NCBI GenBank assembly: GCA_963771885.1
Contig: CAVYVF010000022.1
Span: forward strand, 192,001 to 256,000
Source: Candidatus Bathyarchaeota archaeon
GTDB taxonomy: Archaea > Thermoproteota > Bathyarchaeia > TCS64
DNA length: 64,000 bases
Reading direction: 5' to 3'
In this document: one piece after another, positions 58,700 through 64,000 of the stretch
Layout: each line of letters opens with the position of its first letter
How positions within the stretch are numbered: the stretch's first letter is position 1
The notes under the pieces: model-generated
Databases searched by the model: none
Told to the model about the DNA's origin: nothing
What the model saw: only the letters and a program-made list of their open reading frames with translations
Position numbers and translations under genes: made by a program

Positions 58700-59512
58700 C
58701 TAGAAGCGCCTCTCCGTGTACCTGACGATGCTCTCATAGAAGGGGCGACCGTCGCCGTAGCGCTTCATCCCCTTCCTCGTCCACTCGGGCATGAGCCAGC
58801 CGTCGTAGGCGCGCTCCGGGTGTGGCATCAAGCCGAGCACTGTCCCCTCGGGGTTGCAGATGCCCGCGATGTCGTGGAAGGCGCCGTTTGGGTTCTCAGG
58901 CCAACTCCCCTCCGCGTACGAGCCGTCTGCCTTAACGTAACGCCAGACGAGCATGTCGCGGTCATAGAGGCTCTTGAGCATCTCATCCTCGCCCTCCTTC
59001 GGGAAGACGAAGCGCCCCTCACCGTGGGCGACGGGACACGCTATCACGTGGTCCTTATCAAGGTAACCCATCATCCCGCAGTTGCCCCGCCCTATGTACT
59101 TCATCCTGATCCACCGGTTCTGGTACCCGTGGGTGCTATTCGCCAGCGCCGCCTGTGGGTACTTGCTCTTCCCCTCGAAGGCGGGGAGGAAGCCAAGTTC
59201 AACGAGCTGCTGGAATCCGTTGCAGACGCCGAGTACGGGGCGGCCTTCGTCCACGAACTTTTCCAACTCGGGGCCAATCCTGTACTCGCACTCCTTCGCC
59301 CAGATGGCGCCGCTGCGGACGTAGTCGCCGTAGCTGAAGCCGCCGGGGAAGACGAGCACGTTGTAGTCGAGGAGGTTCTTCGTCTTGAAGACGTCCTGCG
59401 TGTGGCGGAGATCGACCTGTACTCCCAGGTCCCTGAAGGCGCGCACCGTCTCAAGGTCACAGTTCGTGCCCGGGGCGCGCATTATCAGGACCCGTATGTC
59501 TTCGCGCTTCAT
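58700..59512 (-). CDS. purQ: FGAM synthase glutaminase subunit
   Basis: PGTNCD, PGGFSYGDY, GVCNGFQ, AHGEG, NPNG, MPHPER. Confidence 0.96.
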   Translation of the reverse strand: MKREDIRVLIMRAPGTNCDLETVRAFRDLGVQVDLRHTQDVFKTKNLLDYNVLVFPGGFSYGDYVRSGAIWAKECEYRIGPELEKFVDEGRPVLGVCNGFQQLVELGFLPAFEGKSKYPQAALANSTHGYQNRWIRMKYIGRGNCGMMGYLDKDHVIACPVAHGEGRFVFPKEGEDEMLKSLYDRDMLVWRYVKADGSYAEGSWPENPNGAFHDIAGICNPEGTVLGLMPHPERAYDGWLMPEWTRKGMKRYGDGRPFYESIVRYTERRF

Positions 59513-61881
59513 CGTCTCGCCTCCAGAGGCGTCTTCCACGCCTTAATCGTCTCCTCGTTCGCCAGGTCGATCACGGTCTTCTTACCCTTCTTTATCCTGA
59601 GATGTGTCTCGGCTGTCACGGTGCCGATGTGCGCCAAAGGTGAGCCCTTCATAAGCTTCTCGAATGCCTCCGCGTCCGCCTCAGGAACCTCGACGAGCAG
59701 GCGCCCATTCGATTCGCTGAAGAGGAGCATGTCGTCCCTCATCTTCTCGGTGGCGGGCACCTTGGCGAGGTCAACCTCGAGCCCTAGCCCACCCGTGAAA
59801 GCCATCTCGGCGAGCGAGACCGCGAGCCCGCCCTCCGACAGGTCGTGACAGGCCCGCACATAGCATGCGTCGATAGCCGCTGTTAGCCGCCTGTAGGCAG
59901 TCGATGTCTTTGCTGCGTCGAGTTTAGGCACAGACGCGCCGAGGAAGCCCTGCATGTGGTAGTACTCCGAGCCACCAAGCTCGGGAGCCGTCTCCCCTAC
60001 TAAATAGAGCCTGTTCCCTGCCGCTTTGAGGTCCATCGTCACGACGCCCTCTACACTCGGCACGATGCCCAGGGCGGTGACTAGGAGCGTCGGTACGATG
60101 GGGCCAAGGGGCGACTCGTTGTAGAGGCTGTCCTTCCCCGAGATGAATGGGGTGCCATATGCTATTCCGAAGTCGTGACATGCTCGGCACGCCTCGACGA
60201 GGCTTCCGATCCTGTCAACGTACTCTGGACTGCCCCAGGTGAAGTTGTCAAGGAGGGCTATCCTGCGCCCGCCTACGGCTACGTTGTTCCTGATCGCCTC
60301 GTCGATGACGCTCGCCGCCATCCAATAGGGGCTAATTTTCCCGTAGCGCGGGTTGATGCCCGAGCTTATCGAGACTCCGACCATGGAGTCGACGAGGGGC
60401 TTGACGACGGCGCCGTCGCTGGGGCCTGCATTCCAGCCCTGCATGGGTTTGACGACGGTCTGTCCTTTAACTTCCTGGTCGTAGCGGCGTACAACCTTCT
60501 CCTTGCTCGCGATGTTGTATGAGGAGAGGAGCTTGAGGAGCACGGCACCGAGATCCTTGGGCGCGTCGAACTTCGGCTCCTCGAGCTTGGGGTCCGTCCA
60601 CTCCGCTTTCCTCGTCGTCTTCGGTGGGTTGAAGAGGGACTTGAGGTGAATGTCAGCGACCTTCACGCCCTTGTAGGTGAGCTTAGCGAGACCCGAGTCG
60701 TTATAGCGACCAATTGCGTTCGCCTCGGTCTGCTCGTCCCTGAAAATCTTGAGTACGCGGTCGAGGTTTTCCGGGGGCACGACGAGGAGCATCCGCTCCT
60801 GGCTCTCAGAGATCCAAATCTCCCAAGGAGCCATCTTCGACGCCTTGAGCGGGATCTTATCGAGGTCGACGTCGATGCCCAAGCCATATTTCTCGGCGGT
60901 CTCGCAGACTCCGCAGCTGAGCCCTCCGCCACCTATGTCAGTGATGGCGGAGCCTAAGCGCAGCTCGCTGATCTGCTGTATGGCGCGCTTGAGTTTCTCC
61001 TCCTCGATGGGGTTAGCGATCTGCACCGCAGGTCGGCTGACCTGCTCCGACTCCTTCGTCAGCTCAGCCGAGGCGAATGTGACTCCATGTATACCATCGA
61101 GCCCCGTCCGCCCCCCGGCGAGGACGCAGTAATCACCCGCCTTCGCTCGGTGGATATACTGGTCAGCCTTGAGGACGCCAACACATCCCGCGTAGACGAC
61201 TACGTTGCCTGTGTATTCGTCCGCGAAGAGGACCGCACCATTCACCGTTGGAATACCTATACTATTGCCGTAGCTACCAATGCCGTCGACTACGCCGCTG
61301 AAGAGATACGACGGGTGCTTCACGCCCTCGGGCAGCTTCCCCCACGGATAGTCGAGGGGACCAAAGCAGAGCACATCGGTACAGGCTATAGGGTCAGCCC
61401 AGACGCCGAGGATATCCCTTATGACACCGCCTAGACCAGTAGCGGCACCGCCGAATGGCTCGATTGCCGACGGGTGGTTATGGGTCTCGACCTTGATGGC
61501 GACCTTGTAGTCCCCCTCGAGGTCTACAATACCCGCGTTGTCCTCGAAAACGCTGAAACACCATGACGGCTTCAGCTCCTCCACGACGCTCCTGATGTAT
61601 GTCTTAAGGAGACCATCGACCCTACCCCTTGGAGTCTCGATGAAGCCTCGGAAGGTCTTGTGACTACAGTGCTCGCTGAAGGTCTGATCGTAAGTCTGTA
61701 GCTCGATGTCCGTAGCCTTCCTCTCGCGGAGCAGGTAGTGATCCCTTATGTACCTGAGCTCCTCGATGCTAAGGCCGAGCCCAAGGGTCTTGCCTATCTC
61801 CCTCAGCTCGTCGTCCTTCGCGTTCAGCAGGTCTACCTCGAAGTGCTCGAAGGCCTGCTTGCTCCGAGTGATCCTGCTCAT
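59509..61881 (-). CDS. purL: FGAM synthase synthetase subunit
   Basis: SEHCSHK, KVETHNHPS, GAATG, DGIHG, SESQERM, SGKDSLYN, HDLSEGGL. Confidence 0.97.
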   Translation of the reverse strand: MSRITRSKQAFEHFEVDLLNAKDDELREIGKTLGLGLSIEELRYIRDHYLLRERKATDIELQTYDQTFSEHCSHKTFRGFIETPRGRVDGLLKTYIRSVVEELKPSWCFSVFEDNAGIVDLEGDYKVAIKVETHNHPSAIEPFGGAATGLGGVIRDILGVWADPIACTDVLCFGPLDYPWGKLPEGVKHPSYLFSGVVDGIGSYGNSIGIPTVNGAVLFADEYTGNVVVYAGCVGVLKADQYIHRAKAGDYCVLAGGRTGLDGIHGVTFASAELTKESEQVSRPAVQIANPIEEEKLKRAIQQISELRLGSAITDIGGGGLSCGVCETAEKYGLGIDVDLDKIPLKASKMAPWEIWISESQERMLLVVPPENLDRVLKIFRDEQTEANAIGRYNDSGLAKLTYKGVKVADIHLKSLFNPPKTTRKAEWTDPKLEEPKFDAPKDLGAVLLKLLSSYNIASKEKVVRRYDQEVKGQTVVKPMQGWNAGPSDGAVVKPLVDSMVGVSISSGINPRYGKISPYWMAASVIDEAIRNNVAVGGRRIALLDNFTWGSPEYVDRIGSLVEACRACHDFGIAYGTPFISGKDSLYNESPLGPIVPTLLVTALGIVPSVEGVVTMDLKAAGNRLYLVGETAPELGGSEYYHMQGFLGASVPKLDAAKTSTAYRRLTAAIDACYVRACHDLSEGGLAVSLAEMAFTGGLGLEVDLAKVPATEKMRDDMLLFSESNGRLLVEVPEADAEAFEKLMKGSPLAHIGTVTAETHLRIKKGKKTVIDLANEETIKAWKTPLEARR

Positions 61882-62129
61882 TTCAGCTCACTTATCTCGA
61901 AGCGGTAATCGTCCTTCGTGGGGTTTGTGAGGAGGCGGCGGCACATCTCGTCGATGAGTTTCTCCGCCTTCGCCCTGTTAGCGGCCTCGAAAGCTACTTC
62001 GTACGCCTTGCTCGAGCGCACGTCATCAACCTTGTAGCCTAGCCCCCTGAGGGCGTGGGCGGTAGTCTCTCCCTCGGGGTCGCTATACCCCGCCTTGAGG
62101 GTGACGTAGACTGAGGCCTTGAACTTCAT
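61878..62129 (-). CDS. purS: FGAM synthase PurS subunit
   Basis: LKAGYSDPEG, MCRRLLTNP; start MKFKAS; overlaps the purL start. Confidence 0.93.
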   Translation of the reverse strand: MKFKASVYVTLKAGYSDPEGETTAHALRGLGYKVDDVRSSKAYEVAFEAANRAKAEKLIDEMCRRLLTNPTKDDYRFEISELK

Positions 62130-62302
62130 GCCTATTCCATCCACGGTAGGGCTAAAAGCCCTTGGGATAAACAAATGGGTTAATTATTAAAAGGATTTCC
62201 CAGCAAGATTAACACATTCATGTTATACACCGGGGAGCTGTTTTGTTGCTTCGAAAATGTTTAAGAAGAGAAAGGGTTGGGGTTGGGCGCTCGCCCTACG
62301 GT

Positions 62303-62764
62303 CTACTTGTTCACCATCAGGATGGTGACAATCAGACCGTAGATGGCGAGACCCTCACCGAGAGCGACGAAGAGCAGAGCCCAGATAGAGAGCTCTGGCC
62401 TCTCCCTCAGCATCTCGGACCCTGCCTTGGCGGCGACCATGATACAGAGCGCGGCGGCGAAGCCGGCTCCGATCATCGTGAGCGCACCAGACAGTAGGGG
62501 CCACGCTGTTTCAGGTATCATTCCTTCTCCTCCTCCAAGGATTACTATTAGCGCAAAGAAGACACTCAGCACCACCATGAAAGCGCCGAACGCGTTTAGA
62601 GACGCGCCCCAGACGGTGCTCTTCCCCTCGACCTCGGCAGATGCGTTGATCGTCGAGCCCTGGATCATCGCCCAGGCAGCCGCGAGAATCGTGACGCCTA
62701 TGATGATCGCGGAGGGAAGCATGTCCACTTGCGCCGTTTCGGCGGCGACTAGCAGCGGAATCAT
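62303..62764 (-). CDS. atpK: A/V-type ATP synthase proteolipid subunit K (c), four-TM form
   Basis: C-terminal hairpin ERPE...FVALGEGLAIYGLIV; follows subunit I. Confidence 0.88.
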   Translation of the reverse strand: MIPLLVAAETAQVDMLPSAIIIGVTILAAAWAMIQGSTINASAEVEGKSTVWGASLNAFGAFMVVLSVFFALIVILGGGEGMIPETAWPLLSGALTMIGAGFAAALCIMVAAKAGSEMLRERPELSIWALLFVALGEGLAIYGLIVTILMVNK

Positions 62765-62827
62765 TCTAATTCTTCTCCTTTTTCTCCTATACGTCCACCG
62801 TTCCGTTTATAACCTTTTCCGGCGGGG

Positions 62828-64000
62828 TCATTGAGCCACTTTCCTCTCCCGGGGAACCGTGAACGGTTTGAACGGCACTCCCTGACCCGTCGAAGAACTT
62901 ACCCATGAACTCGTAGTAGAGGAGCCTCAGGCTCTGCACTGTACTCGAGATGAGCTCGAAGCTCATGGCGACGATGTTCATGATCAGGAGTCCTACCGGT
63001 ATTGGTATCGGCAGAACGATCGCCTCGTTCAGTGCCTCCGCGGCGATTGCAAGGCTCGCGTGTGCGAGTGCGAATGCCGCGATACGCAGGAAGCTGAAGA
63101 GATTAGCGAGACCCTCGACGAAGGTCATCAGCAGACCGCCTATGCCCTCGCCGATGCTCTCCATGCCGACTCCGTGACCGTGCTGTATGCTGTGGATCAC
63201 AGGCTCAGCGAAACTAAGTAGCATTCCGAGAATCATGACGTAGAAGCCCCAGTAGCTCAGCGCTTGCATGAAGTTCATGCCGATGCTGATGAAGTACATC
63301 GCCGTCATGTATAGACCACCAACGTAGAGGATCATGCCCAAGCCGTGTTCGCCTAGTGCGCCTACTGGGTTGCCCTTCTTAATCTGGTTGTATGCGCCGA
63401 TCACGAGACCGATTATTACCTCAATGGCTGCTATCAGGAAAACTAGCTTCAACAGCGACGTGGTATCATGTATGGGGTTGGGCATTATTGGTTGGTAGAG
63501 GTGGTGCAGGAACTCCTCGTTGAGGAATATAGAGCCATAGAGGAAGCCGAAGATGATGGCTGATACTCCCATCGGAATGAAGAGCCCACCGAGGTACTTG
63601 AGCATCCCTCGCGTGTACTTGCGTGATAGGAAGATGCCTATCAGGAGAATTAGTAGGCCTTGGCCTACATCTCCGTACATGAGGCCAAACTGGAATGCGA
63701 AGACTATAATGCTGAGATAAGCGGGGTTGAACTCGTTGCTATTAGGGTAACCGCGCAGCGTCGTGAGTTTCCAGTTTGACTGGAGGAAGCTGGGGTGCAT
63801 TACAGGCGCTGGAGTCGGGACACCCCTGTCGCCGGGGTTTACATCGTCTACGTCGTAGATGATCTTCTCGCCCGTCTTTTGCTCGACTTCCTTGATTGCC
63901 TCGTGGAATTCACCGATGTTCTCGGCTGGCGTCCACCCCTGCAGTATGCTGAAGACCTTAGTCCTCATAACAGGTGCGCGGGCGTCAGTGGCTAAGCGCA
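62828..64000 (-). CDS. atpI: A/V-type ATP synthase subunit I (3' part; indel near 62880)
   Basis: GWTP, FGLMYGDVGQG, FGFLYGSIF, SFLRIAAFALAH, QSLRLLYYEFMGKFF. The shifted frame gives the natural end PFKPFTVPRERKVAQ*. Confidence 0.93.

Noticed and set aside
58820..59848. Long antisense ORFs here and elsewhere (e.g. 15243-16010, 20056-20781, 29813-30517)
   Set aside because: They are shadow ORFs opposite well-supported genes, as expected with high GC at third codon positions.
14457..62900. Programmed frameshifting or mass pseudogenisation (dnaK, trm5, fprA, iscS, ywbE, nitroreductase, purF, atpI, SMC operon)
   Set aside because: These are single-base indels, several in short homopolymers, scattered over essential genes with intact flanking sequence and no shared slippery motif. 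That pattern is typical of uncorrected long-read errors.
1..64000. CRISPR array, rRNA, transposase or provirus
   Set aside because: I saw no regularly spaced repeats, rRNA-like sequence or mobile-element genes by eye.

Overview
This is an archaeal chromosomal segment, most consistent with a TACK-group archaeon and probably Bathyarchaeia. The assignment is inferred from rps26e, archaeal-type MAT, short PurA, Hel308, an arcadin-1-like gene, a tRNA intron with a bulge-helix-bulge (BHB) motif, and A/V-type ATPase genes. Most of the window is housekeeping or metabolic: purine biosynthesis (purA, purB, purC-purF, purE, purS-purL-purQ, prs), grpE-dnaK-dnaJ, iscS-iscU, trx/trxB, rnz, fprA, an EtfAB plus FAD hydroxyacid dehydrogenase (LctBCD-like) operon, several peptide/amide hydrolases, and tRNA-Arg(TCT) with a non-canonical 29/30 intron. 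Single-base indels break about a dozen genes, including essential ones (dnaK, purF, iscS, atpI), so I treat them as sequencing/assembly errors. The most interesting locus is the heavily frameshifted minus-strand operon at about 27.0-31.6 kb. Rebuilt by hand, it encodes a short SMC ATPase with no recognisable hinge and Smc5/6-type motifs, a kleisin-like protein and an Nse1/Nse3-like KITE protein, with an 8-Cys protein downstream. Other notable items: a DPM2-like membrane protein, an unannotated Cys-rich microprotein after iscU, a JAMM/SAMP/HExxH-protease trio, a class II HMG-CoA reductase lacking its catalytic His and flap, orphan E1 alpha/beta genes with altered motifs, and a stand-alone ThrRS editing domain. 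I found no CRISPR array, rRNA, or transposase/integrase. All family calls come from recognising motifs by eye; no database searches were run.
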